Source: Oikopleura dioica
Lineage: Eukaryota > Animalia > Chordata
Assembly (NCBI GenBank): GCA_907165135.1
Contig: OU015566.1
Location: 8,556,001-8,620,000, forward strand
Reading direction: 5' to 3'
DNA: 64,000 nt
The number at the start of each line of letters is the position of its first letter. Position 1 is the first letter of the stretch. A model generated the notes under the pieces. The model was given only the letters and a program-made list of their open reading frames with translations. It did no database searches and had not been told where the DNA came from. Of the stretch, positions 22,115 through 34,778 are shown piece by piece. The translations under genes and the position numbers were made by a program.

Positions 22115-23566
22115 TTATTCATTTAAAACTTTTTTGTACAAAAAATGATGAAAGTCAGCGTTTATTTTTAATGATCGCTTTTTGATTCTTATTTTGGTCA
22201 TTTTGGTATCTAAAATAATGAATGCAAATGAACCACAAAAATAATGACCAATTCCTGAATTACAATTTCCGAACAAATGGACATTTGCAAGCGGGCATCC
22301 CCTCGATTCGAAGACGCTGTCTAACAGACAATCAGATGCGTTTGCTTCTTCAACACCTCTGCAGAAAAGCTCGCTGCTTTGCTTGACCACTGAAGTGTCG
22401 GTAAAGATGAGGGTTGAGCATCTTCGAGGGGACCAAGTATCCATATCTCGCAGCTCATCCAGTGCGGCTCTCATTTGTCCGTAGCGAACATCGTGGCAGA
22501 TTTGAGAAGCTGAAGAACATTTATTTTGAAAAATCGTTTCTTTACGTACCTTTCATTGACACTCGTCTTGAAAGCAAGGGCAGAATCTTTTCGACAAATG
22601 AAACTGGGTCCTTGAAAATGCCCGGTTCGGATGAATATGGCGAAGTTGTAGCGATATAAACAATTCCTGGTGCTTTTGAAATCTTCTCAAGAAGCGCCTC
22701 TAATGCTTGATTCCAATACTCGTTATGAGACCAAGTCATGTCCAAAATTATCAGCGTCACATCGTATTTATTCCATTCCCGATGAGGCAAAGAGAATTTC
22801 TCTAGCCCTGACTGATTTTGGCTGAGCTTTGTTCTTCCGGAATCCTTATTTTCTACTAGCTTATCAAAAAAGAAATGAATTAAAATTCTTACGATTTCTG
22901 TTTTTCGGTTGCGAAGGCTGCGGTGGTTGCTCTGGCTGCACTGTGTTCTGTTCATTGTTTTTCGGAGTCGGTCGACGAGATGCGATGTTGGATGGCTTGA
23001 ATCGTGGCTTCACGGGCTGACCAGGTTTTCTTGGCGTCCATTGTTTCTTTTCTGGCTTCTACAAAGTACGTTTTTTATTGTCGAGAATTCTCTCTTACTG
23101 TTGGCTGTTGGTTTCCTCGTCTAGGTCCAGATTGACGACCCATCTTTTTTCCTTTTCGAATCGGGTTTCCATTTTCATCAAATCTAGGAGCTGATCTCAT
23201 CCGTTGAAACAAGGATTGTCTTGAGATAACTTTTCCATCCCAGACAGGGGCCGCTTCTTTTTTTGCTGCTCCAGCTCCTCGTTGACCTGGCTGGGGAGGC
23301 TGTGGGCGTTGGTTGCCCGCATCTGGTTGTCTTTATCGATTTACATACTCTGTTATCAAAAGAGTGCCTATTCAATATATGCTGAAATCGTGCCTTTGTG
23401 GCTTAGGAGGAGGAGGAGGGGGACGTCTCCGCGGCTTCGGAGGAGGTTCTTTAAAGGTGGATAACTGCGTCGATTTCTGGTACCCCTCACTTGGCGGTCT
23501 TGCAATGATCGGATCTTGGCTTGAAACAAGCTTGAAAATTAAAAGTATCAAAAATCTAGGAATCAT
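22115..23566 (-). CDS. Secreted protein with Pro/Arg/Gln-rich N-terminus and a globular (possibly vWA-like) C-terminus
   Basis: Signal peptide MIPRFLILLIFKLVSSQD, EPPPKPRRRPPPPPPKP, multi-exon continuation to ORFs 22542-22955 and 22115-22474. The domain call is weak. Confidence 0.5.
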
Positions 23567-24478
23567 CTTTCTGCAACTTTTCTGTTCGCCAGATTGCTTA
23601 TCAATGCGATTTTACGAGAGTGCTTTTATGATTTATGATTCTAGCACTGCTCCTTTTTAGAAATAGTTTGTCACGTGCGGGATGTCACAGAAAGCGGAAC
23701 TAGTTTATTGCCGAAGCGCCATGCAATAATTCAAGCTAGTCTTTCATCGAGAAAATATCGTCTTTTGACTTTGAAATTCATCGATTGAGAGGTTTGAGAA
23801 AAACATATTTCAGAGTCTGTCTAGGAATCCTGGATGCATCAATAATTCTAATTTGAAAAGCTTTTAATGCCCTCCCGCGGCCGTAATGCAATCACCACTT
23901 TTTAATTATGGGTAACGAGCTTCTGCTGTTTCGCTTGCTTCTTCTTTTGTTTTTCAAAAGTCGCCGACTTTAGCTGTGAAAAGTCATTCCTGAGATTTTT
24001 TGCTACTTGCTAAGAGAGAAATTCAGAAGAAAAGGGATAGTAACAGCTTTTTTATTATAAAAAAGATCATAAAAATGCTCAACATAAAAGTTTAAGCCTT
24101 CTTTTATGTTGATCATAAATTTACAATCGCATAAAATCAAGTACAAACAAATGTTTGCTTGAGTTCTGATTTTAATGGTCCTTCTCATGTGAAAATAAAA
24201 CTAATCAGCGTTTGGCGGTATCAAGAACTTAGCTAGTCACATTTTTTGAATAGGCAGTGAGTTGCTTTTTTTATTTCTCGTTTTATTTCATCCCTTGTGC
24301 AGCTTGACCCGAAGCTCGAGCCAAACGATTGACGTTAATCCTCTTGAATCACCATTCAAGAGAAGAGAAAAAGATAATCACAACCTGTCAGCCATCGAGA
24401 AGAAAATGGAAAGAGAAAATTTCTTAGCCAAAAAATTTTGAACAACGAAATTTATACATAACGAAAAAAGAGAAAAAA

Positions 24479-27400
24479 ATGAAGAAAAGAGCTCTTTGGC
24501 TACTTGCGATCTTTGCTGAAAGAAGTTGTGAAGCGTTTAACGTGGGAAATGTCGTAACGACGCATCAAGGTGCCCCTGGGGTAAGTAAATTGAAATTATC
24601 CTGTTTTTACGCTTTATTTTAGTCTTTATTTGGCTATGCACTAGCTACAAAAGACGGTGCTGACGGCTTGATCATAGGGGCACCAAATGATGATGGCATC
24701 GGCTCTAGCTTCATTTGTAATCATCAATGCGCGAAAGACAACTCGGGAAAGCTTGACGGAAGCCGGGGAAGTATGTACGGCGCCGCGATAAGCTGGATAT
24801 CGAGCAATAAATATATCGTCTGCCAGCCGAGGCAACAGACCCCCATGTACTGTCGCAGCTGGGTGGACTCAAATCAGGCCCGAGTTATTGATCTAAAGAT
24901 AAAAGCCAACATGCGCTTTTTATAACTCAAATCAGGAAGGCAACCGACAATGCTTAGAACAGCGATTTCCCAAGTACGACCAGATTCAATTCAAGATGAC
25001 TGGGCGATGTTATATAAAAAGGGGAATCGAGGAATCGGAAGTCGTCGAGCCAGAGTGTGCTTCTAATAATAAATACAATAGTCCGGCGATTGACTGCGCT
25101 TTCGGATTTGGCTTTGCTGCAGTTGGGGAGGCATTTGACGAGACAGCTATTGTTGGTCAGGAAATGGCTTTAGATTTATGATTGGGGTGAAGAAACTTTC
25201 ATTCTTTCGGATTTATGAAGCCCTTTGTAGCCAATACGATCACATGGCATCGGCAGTTCAACTCTCATCTACCCGAGCGGCAGCTCGTTTTCAAATGTCT
25301 CCACGGCGTCAGAATCCGACATGCAGCGCGACATTTCCCGGCTCTGGTCAACATTGCTCCCAGACCATGCCAACATCGATATTTCGATGAAGAAAAAATT
25401 GCTTTGGAGAAATTATGATCAAACTTATGAAGGAAGCGCTTTGGCGCGATTTGAGTTTGGATTCGTCGTTGGAGCACCGTCAAGAATGCGAAATTATGAG
25501 CTCACTGGAAGGGTTTTGTTTTATGAAGTTCGAAGCAAGGCGATTCAGAAATTATCAAAGTACCCACTTTGGTCTGTTCAACCAATCGATGCGAAAGTAG
25601 GTGAAGGTTTTGGAACAAGTTTGGCAAGCGGCGTTTTCGGCATGAAAAATGGTGGTGAAGATCTCGTTGTTGGCTCTGATGATTTCAAAAAACTTTTTGC
25701 GCGGCCGGAAATCATGAAAAAAGTGCTAGTGCAGTTTTGTCAGGCTCGTCGAGACGAGTCGATTGGTATAGGTCACTCTTGAAAATTTTAAGGATTTACC
25801 GGTTAACCGGTTGATTACCGGAAATCACGTTGTCAGCTCCCGTTTTTGTTCTAGTCGTCGGATTTTCATGTTTGAAGCGTCAAAATGATCCTTATGATCA
25901 GGGCTTCTCTAGCCTCCGAGATGAGCCCCATATCTCATTTCCTGCCGAGCTTATCACTAAAAGTTTGAATTTTACGCACTTTTTTCACTTTGAAAGTCCA
26001 TAACGTAAAATTTTTATGGTAAATACTAATAAACTTCTGCGGTTTTGATAGACAATTGAAAATTAATAATACCCACCGTTCAAAACCTTGTAACCAGCCG
26101 GTTAAAAAGCGCTGAATCAAAATTATGCCCTCAAAAACCACTTTTTTGATTATATTTAATTTTAGCCTGAATTTTTATTATAATTGAACTTAAACCCATA
26201 CATAGCTTCTTACAATCGTAGCTGAGCTATCTTGCGTCGGCAATGAGCCAATCATAAATTTAGTCTTGGGCTTGTCCTCTTCGGGCGTTCCGATATGGAG
26301 CACTTCTTGGGCTTCAGGAGGTCACTGTGACATGTTTCATAACTTGCCACAGAGCTAGCGGAGTCTTCTGACGAATTAGGGTTCTTAAAATCGTGCATTT
26401 AAGATTCATCATGTGCAAACATGATTTTTGTCAACGAAACATGACAGAAAAGGACTGAGAACATGAGCTGCATTCAATGGTCTACCAACTCGTCCGAGCT
26501 GAAAGCGAAGAGAAAAAATTCGAAATTTACTGGAGTTTCCTCAAAGCCGAGTTTTCCAAGAAGAGATCTGCTCATTCGGGGGCTCAACAAAACATCTTAA
26601 ATGTCCTAGAAGGCATCAAATGTCTACAAGAATCAAACTTGGTCAACCTGAGAAAAAAGCGAGCAGTGGAAAAGGCGATACAAGAAGTTCCAGTTATGGA
26701 ATCCAAAATTAAAATAGACCCCTTTATTCTCCAAAAAATCCTCTTTTAAAAGAAATAGCATTGATTTTGCGCAAAAAGGTCGCGATTCTAGTTCCGATCT
26801 TTGAGGAGAAAAATATAATCAAAAAAGTGGTTTTTGAGGGCATAATTTTGATTCAGCGCTTTTTAACCGGCTGGTTACAAGGTTTTGAACGGTGGGTATT
26901 ATTAATTTTCAATTGTCTATCAAAACCGCAGAAGTTTATTAGTATTTACCATAAAAATTTTACGTTATGGACTTTCAAAGTGAAAAAAGTGCGTAAAATT
27001 CAAACTTTTAGTGATAAGCTCGGCAGGAAATGAGATATGGGGCTCATCTCGGAGGCTAGAGAAGCCCTGATCATAAGGATCATTTTGACGCTTCAAACAT
27101 GAAAATCCGACGACTAGAACAAAAACGGGAGCTGACAACGTGATTTCCGGTAATCAACCGGTTAACCGGTAAATCTTTAAAATTTTCAAGAGTGACCTAT
27201 ACCAATCGACTCGTCTCGACGAGCCTGACAAAACTGCACTAGCACTTTTTTCATGATTTCCGGCCGCGCAAAAAGTTTTTTGAAATCATCTCTCCTTATT
27301 GGTTTGAAGACGGAAAAACTGACCTGGGTCGTGTGACCGTTTTTAGAAATCATAGAGGAGAAGGGCTCTTCGATGATTCTATCATTTTGAAAGGAAATAC

Positions 27401-29468
27401 TCCGAATGCGCGATTCGGAAGCTCGCTTGCTGTTTATGATATTGACATGGGTGAGATTAAGGTTTTTATGGTGATTTTATTGGGGGTTTAGATGGATATG
27501 ATGATTTGCTGATTGCGGCGCCTTATGGCGAGGAAGCGACGATTTCCGTCTATAATGGCCACTCTGGAGGTCTAAGAGAAGAACCAAGCCAGATTATAAA
27601 ATCGGAAGACAACTTAAATTGGTATGGATTTGCAATGGGCCTCAGAAATCGCCAGCTTGTGGTGTCCGCGCCGAAGAAAGATTATGTCGATATCATGGCC
27701 TTGCGAACTCCGTTGAAGCTTACCTCGTATTTTCGAAAATTTCCTGACAGACCTATTGAGCAAAACGACTATTCGGTCTCCTACGAATTTTGCTTTCAAT
27801 TCACTTCCTTTGGTTCCAACAAGATTCGGATCAATGTTGTTTGCGAGCATGATCAAACAAGAGTTGAAAATCCAAAAGTTTACTTCTCTGGTCTTTCTCT
27901 TGAAAATGGACGACCATATTGTCAAGAAGTACAGTTTGACATTAAACGTAGTCTGTGGCTAGACCATCAACATGACTTGCCTGTGAATGTTATAGCGAGT
28001 CTGTCCGAAGGTCAAGAAGAAATTGCCCTCGACCCGAATTCCGGTAACGCAATTGAAATTCATGTTGCCTGATGCAGTTTTCAGGAGTGAATTTATCGGG
28101 GACCGTGGCTTTCAACAAGGAATGTGGATCCGACAACATTTGTAAAAGCGAACTTTCGCTCAGCAAAATTGAGTCAACGACGGAAAATGTCGTCTACGGT
28201 GCTGAAAACATAGTGGAGGCAACAACGATGCTTGAAGTCAGAGGAGAAAATGCATTCGGGACATATATTTTTGTCAATACGACGAGCAAACTAAATGTAG
28301 CGATGCTTCTCTATGGAGCTAGTGACCAAAAAACGATTCCTTGCCGCCAAATAGGTAAGTGTAAGAAGACTCTATCTGTCCTATTTTCGCTTTAGAGAAA
28401 CATCTGAAAAGCTGTCTTATTGGAAATCCTGCTCGCCCCGACCTCTATCGCTTGAAATTTCGTTTCGATGTTGATCCTGACTTCAAAAAAGCGAGCACGG
28501 ATGTGAATTTCTGGGCGAATTCAACAAATGATTTTCCAGCTAAATCAGAAATGAGAACATTGTCATTACCGCATCAAATTCAAACGCGATTCCAAGATGA
28601 GCTACAGGTGGTGCCCCCTTTCATTACTTTCGAAAAAGATTATGGACCCATAAGATGGGAGTTTTCTGTTGAGAACAAAGGGCCCAGCACTGTAGATGGA
28701 TCAATCAAAGTTAATTTTCCCAAATGGACGAAAGGGGGTCGGATGATTTTGAGGAACATCAACGCTGAACTTTCACTCGAGCAGGTACTAATGCCAACAT
28801 AATATCTAGCTAGTAGTATAATTTTAGGACAACATTATGATGCAAAAAATAATATGCGATGTTCCATCAATCGTGAGTGATGGATCTCCTTTCGATAGAA
28901 ACGATGATTTCAACCTCGCGAAGATCGACGATTTTGCAATGTTCGACTGCTCCACAAGAAATTCAAGCGCCAGATGCGTTGAGATCTCGTGCTCCACTGA
29001 TGATGAGTTGATGAGAAAGAATGATATTTTAAATCTTGTTCTTGAAGGAAAGGTTTTGAATCTAATTAAAGCTATTATTGAATTTAAATAAAAAAACCTG
29101 GAAAAGCTGAAATCAACGACGAGATTTTCAGCATGCTGAATACGAGCTCAAAGTTTATTCCTGAATTCACATTTGAAGTAAATCGCGGTCCGTATGAAGA
29201 AACCAACATCTTTCTTTCTGAGACATCAACAATCGAATTCACAGTTTTAATGCCTGTTGCTCTCTATGATTCGCTGCCCATTCTTTGGATAGTCTTTGCT
29301 GTGGTCACTGGATTATTACTACTAGCTGTGATTGCAACTGTAATGTACAAAACAGGCTGTTTCGCGAGAGCAAAGAGGGACGAATGCGATGTGGGAATGC
29401 AGTATCAAACTGCAGTATCTTATAGGCCGGAGAATAACAGAGAGCAGCATATAATTACTGTGCAATAA
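24479..29468 (+). CDS. Integrin alpha subunit (no I-domain seen), interrupted by a 1.6-kb foldback element
   Basis: Signal peptide then FNV; FG-GAP repeats (GSLFGYA..IIGAP, FGFVVGAP, DLVVGS|PY, YDIDMDGYDDLLIAAPYG); calf-like CGSDNICKSEL; TM helix followed by KTGCFAR. Confidence 0.9.
25678..27290. mobile_element. Non-autonomous foldback DNA transposon, 1613 bp, 480-bp TIRs, inside an integrin exon
   Basis: 25678-26157 and 26811-27290 are near-perfect inverted repeats with a 3-bp TSD, TCT. Removing the element restores GGC TCT CCT TAT (DLVVGSPYW, an FG-GAP motif). Confidence 0.95.
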
Positions 29469-29571
29469 GAACTTGCCTTTGCCTGGAAATATGTAAAGTT
29501 AAATTAAATAGAAAGATAATCGCCTGAATAAAATTGCGTTTGATTTATTTAAAGGATCGTCAGAAAAGCAT

Positions 29572-31140
29572 TTAGTAGCAGATAAAGTCCTGCACTGTTT
29601 CAGTAGCAAAAGACGCCAATGATCGACCAGCAAAGAGGAATCCAGCGTTGCTTATAATCTCGAGCTCCTCAAGGCTACCATCTATTCCATTTAGGTAGTA
29701 ATTAGCAGTTGTGTACCCGATCGAAGCCCAATCTTTTGGAACCTCGTAGTTCTCCAAAACTATGAATTCGTTATAAATAATAAGATTTAAGATAAGAAAC
29801 CTGGGATGTTTTCAACAAAATGATTCCAAGCATCAAATGCCAGTAAATCCATTGAATTGAGAGTCGGTAGAATTTGCACCTGTTCAAATTTTTTGAGCGC
29901 ATTATTTTTGAAAAGAATTCACCTGTAGGAAGAAGACTATATCCCGCGCGATTCCAAAAATGTCGATTTCCTCCGGATAGGCGTCACAAAAGTCTTCTAT
30001 TTTTCCTTGGTACGAGTTCTCGAGGTGAAATTGAAGCATTCCCACGTAGTACATCATCGTGTCGTAATAGTCTTAATTGACGAGCGTTATCGGTACAGCA
30101 ATTTTATACCCGTCTTCTAATTACATTCATGTTTTTCGTACGCAAACGCGGCCTTTTCTGCAAAAATGAAGGTCCAGTGAAGAATCTGATCGGCAGTAGT
30201 GACAGAATTAAGTGAAGCGTCATTGCTGTTTTTGATCGAGCTAAGTGCATCGAAACCATCCGAGAAAATCCCTATGAATTTGTATGCATCAATCTCGCCG
30301 TAGTAAATTTCTTGTAAGAGCTAAATTTCATAAATATAAACACAAAAAAGATATAGTTTGAACCTCTGCAGCTTCTAGGAGAGCATTCCAAGTAGCATCA
30401 TTAGCACCAATGGCGGTCACGATGTCATTGCCTTCTACCCTTTTATCAAGCTTTACCATACATAGATGAACCATAAAATATGATGTTACAGTAATACAAC
30501 TAAGAATAAAACTCAACCGGTTTCGACAGAAAGTGTAGTTTTCTTAATTTTAATAGAACCCTCTGTCCGAGCACCTCTACAACCGAATCCGACCCGTGTG
30601 GTTAAAGCCCTCCGTAAGGTCAAACGCGGCAAGATCAGGGTTAACATCAAAAATCGCAACAAAATCATCAACTGTCAAACCACCATCGCGGACAGCATCA
30701 ACGTCAATATTTTGGATAATGTCACGAATCTCAGTCGATGTCAAATTCATCCACAAGTAGTTCGTAAATGCAGTAGATTGTCCAGCTGTGTCTATGACGC
30801 GCTTGACCATGGTGTCCCATATTTTTGCGACTGCGAAGTCGACCAATGGGTCCATCAAAGTAAACGCATTTGCGCTAGAATATCACTGAGAATACTGATT
30901 GGCAAGCAATAGAACTTACAAATTAAACACTAGAAAAATCTTTAAGATCCTCATTTTTCACTCTCGTGAGTTGGCTCGACATCCGTTCTTTTTATAGAGC
31001 TCAGCTTCCGCCCTTGATTTTCCAATTGAATGGCTAATCCGAGATAACAATATGTCCAACCAACATGGGAAAGTAAATCCGAACAAAGTCAAATTTTTTA
31101 TCATTGTGTTCTTTATTAGCTTCTGATTTGCAGAAGCCAT
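29572..31140 (-). CDS. Hypothetical multi-exon protein
   Basis: Series of minus-strand ORFs (30958-31140, 30577-30858, around 29930-30060, 29572-29757) with splice-like boundaries. No family recognised. Confidence 0.4.
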
Positions 31141-31398
31141 GTCGTTTTTAAAAAGGTATTTACAGTCAAGAAGAAAAAAAGAATTGTTTAGTTTGGCAAA
31201 GATTGTTCTTTGTCAGTCGGGCTGCACCAGGACACAGTGGCTATATAGTATTTGTTCAAATTGTGATTCATCCCTCTCAGAGCATGAGGTTAGCTTCTGA
31301 GGCCGGGAGAAGAATGTCCGAGTGACTGTCTTCGATCATCCAGCAAGCCTTGTTGTCGTCGTATACAGCAGAGAAATCTGACACTGGTTCAAACATGC

Positions 31399-33584
31399 CT
31401 ATATTTTTTCTAGCATCTCCGCCGAAATAGTAAAACGCCCCTTAGAGAGCTTCTTAAGAAATGATAAAATGGAACCAGTTCCTTCTGAAGAATCTTCATT
31501 GTTGATAGTGACAGTAGCGAATTCACCGTTTTTGTGCTTCTTTCCGTTCTTTGCCTCAGCCTTGACTTTGTATGTCGTTCCGGCGTGGAAGTTTCCGAAA
31601 AGTCCGCGCACCTAAAATAGCAGATGAAAAAACGTGATAAAGAAGAGAATTCGTGTTTTGTGATGCACTCGAAATACTCTCGGAAAGTCTTGACTAAGCC
31701 GCTGAAATCCGAAAGATTAGGTGACGAACCTTGTCGTCGAGCTTGTCCAGCGCAATTTGCACGTGGTAGCCGTCTTCGCCGAAGTGTTGCACGCGGGTTA
31801 CCAGGCCAGTTTCTGAAAAAAAGTGTCAATTTTATTAGATTTGGAATATGTGCAAATTGAAATATTCAACTGAAAAGTCGAAAACTGGCTCATGACGAAA
31901 AATCACATCAGAATGGACAGAGTGATCCGATTCAGCTGCATTCATCGACCGCTGGATTATTGAATCAATTTTGAATAAAGGGCTTATTCACTAGCTTTTT
32001 GAAGGGAAAGGGACTTGCATTCAAATTCATTTTATTTTAGATAGCTCCTTAAATTTTCCTTCATATTGAAATTTCACAAAAAAAAATTGATCGTTTATTT
32101 TCATTCGATTTTTAACCTTCTGTTTTTTAAAAAATATCAAGTTTTATCTCATTCGTCTAATGAAATTACATGAGAACTCACTTTTCATGAGTTGTGAGCA
32201 ATAATAAACTACCCTAGATCCTAATTAAGTGAGCATGTTTTTATATTTTGGGATAACTAGAACGTAAAATTGTTTTAGACGGGAGTTATGGCTTTGTACC
32301 TGTTTTGAAGATGTAGAGGTTTCGGTTGGTGTTGATGTCGGCAATGAGACCGTCGAAATCGAGCTTGCCGTCTTTTCGTTCAGATCCACCTTAAAATTGA
32401 ATAGAATTTTGAAGCCATGTTGAAAGATGTAAATTACCTTCTGGGATCTTGAGGTCTTCAAGAGAAAGGTCGAACACGTGACCAGAAGGTGAATAGAAGA
32501 GAACTTTGACAGGGTCGCCGGCCGCAATTATACGAAATTATTCAAATTTCGGGCCATTTCATATTCAGTGATAAATTATGGGCTTCTTTTTGTTAATTTA
32601 GAGCCTGCTCTTTATGTCATCCGGCTTCGAAAGCATGAATTTTCTAATTTAACCTATTAGCCCTTGCACGTCAGTTCAATGACACTAGAATTCACGAAGA
32701 ATGAAAGTACTTTTCTAACGCGCAAATAACAGCTCGGCGAGCCATTCCTTGGTTGACAGAAAGATTTTCTTCATCTTCATCCATCTGAATATTAGCGAAC
32801 AAGGAGAGCGAGGATCGATCTTCGTAAAGAAGTGGCACCAGGAATGAGTCGTCGAAATCGAAGGCCTCGTTTGGTGGCTGATATTTCAAGCAAAGAGGTG
32901 TGTGTCCGTCTAAAATTTAATTTAACTCGGACCAGAAGACGAAAATTCAATGTCAAAATTCAGATAAATTGACCAATTTTATCGACAATTACTTTAAACT
33001 TCCCATGGCAGTGGGATTACCCGCAATTGCCAATTGCTTCATTCTTGAGTGTTTCATCTCAATTATTACTCTGGGAACAATTAAATGATAATCGAAATAA
33101 TAAGTCGAAAGATAGGTGCTGTATTTTATCGACGTAGAAATCCTACTTTTTGGTTTTCAAGATCATAATCCTATTTCTCGGAAGGGTGTTAAAAGAAGGT
33201 CATGAGTCCGCTAATCTCGCTTAAAAATATTTAACGGTCAAATTTAAACGGTTTGGCAAGTCTTTTAAATACTCCCACGTGGCAAGTAAAAAGCAAGTAA
33301 AATTAAATTACATTTTGTTTACTTGCGGCGGATGGATCTCATATCTTTCTGGCAGGGATGCTAATTTAGAAAGAATCTGTTGAAATTTGGTCAAATATAA
33401 TTTTCGAAATTATTTGAGACCTTAAAATATTTGACAAGAAAATTAAGGGGAGGTGCCCGGAACCAACAGATTTTTTTTTCTTTTGAATTAGCTTCAAGAT
33501 CATACCGAGTGTAATTCCAAAGGTGACACTATCTGTAGCAGCAGCAGCAAATCCAGCAGTGAAGAGAGCTTTTTTCAAAAACAT
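31399..33584 (-). CDS. Possible secreted protein with a fibronectin type III-like exon (exon linkage unproven)
   Basis: Signal-peptide-like first exon MFLKKALFTAGFAAAATDSVTFGITL at 33584, and a downstream exon FHAGTTYKVKAEAKNG resembling the FN3 C-terminal strand pattern. Intermediate exons are not resolved. Confidence 0.25.
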
Positions 33585-33975
33585 TTTGTTTATATTTATA
33601 TTGTTCTGTTGAAGAAGTAAAGTCTTTTTCTCTCTCAAGCCGCTAAAGAAGCTTTCGTGCTGAAAATCGATAAGAATAAGATTCTAGTTTTTGTATCAAA
33701 CGCGGCGGGAAACTGCGGCGGCGGAGCGAATTGAGCAGCGCCACCATTTTTTTTTTGGTTCCTGCGCGCGGCGGAAACCGTCAACAAAAATGAGAAACTG
33801 CGATTAACTTCTACGATGTTAACGATTTGTTCGGCTTGTCAACAACTCGGGAACAATATGCAATGTTCGCAGAAATTGAACGGAGCCTTCTTTTTATTTA
33901 TGTACAAAGAAAGGGAATGATGTTTTTCAATTTCGAATATTTTCTTTCATTATTCTTCATCAACAGTTTCATTCG

Positions 33976-34313
33976 TTAGAGCCATCCATTCAGATCCGAG
34001 GGAATGTTGCTATTACAATTCGCCGTCGCACAGCACTGTCGACAAACAGAAGCAACATACGGAGTGAGCGGACGGCACTGGTTCAACCGAGAAAGAGTTT
34101 GCGGCAGATTGAAGCGGAAGTTCTGAGCCTTCTGAGTCTCGCAGGCGTCCGACGCTGCGCAACCAGCAGAAATCTAAAATCATAACAAAATGTTAGAATT
34201 CTCGGTCAATTCTTACCCTGGTAGTCACTCGGTCGTACATTTCTACGCGAAGATAGCAGACTTCTCCGGGGGCGCACGTCGTGAAGGATGATGCGCACGT
34301 TGATGGATCTGCG
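33976..34313 (-). CDS. Second Ly6/uPAR (three-finger)-like protein (3' exons; 5' exon unresolved)
   Basis: ADPSTCASSFTTCAPGEVCYLRVEMYDRVTTR|ISAGCAASDACETQKAQNF...SVCRQCCATANCNSNIPSDLNGWL*; the Cys spacing parallels the 3174-3835 gene. Confidence 0.65.
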
Positions 34314-34778
34314 CTTTACAAGGGTTTTTAGTCATGAAAAAATAATTCCGATTCTGATTTTTAATGATTTCCCGAATTGCTGTCCATAAACCAGTTAAAC
34401 GAAAAAGTAAGTCTGAAAGCCAAAAACAGCCACTTTATTTATTTTTAGCAGTTTTATTAACAAAAAGAAGAAAATCTTTATGAAAAAATGGCCGATAAAA
34501 ACTAATAAAGAATTCAAGAAACGACCAAATCCGGTAAGCGGTACCCTAGAAATATCCTGTTTTCCCCAAAAGCAATAAATTTCCAACTCGAGGAGTCGTC
34601 GATTAGCTCACTTTAACACCGCGAAATTGAATTAGAAACTTCATGTCTCAAATGCTTGTTTCAAAAAAAAACGCAACCCAAGCATACACTAGAAGAATTT
34701 ATATTTTTGCATGAGCGTTTGCGTCAAAAACGCCCTTTTAAAATAACTTGACGCTTTTTAGAACCCAATTATATCGAC

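Noticed and set aside
25935-27033. Two ORFs (25935-26141 minus, 26761-27033 plus) encoding the same peptide
   Set aside because: An artefact of the 480-bp inverted repeat; no transposase motif and no independent coding evidence.
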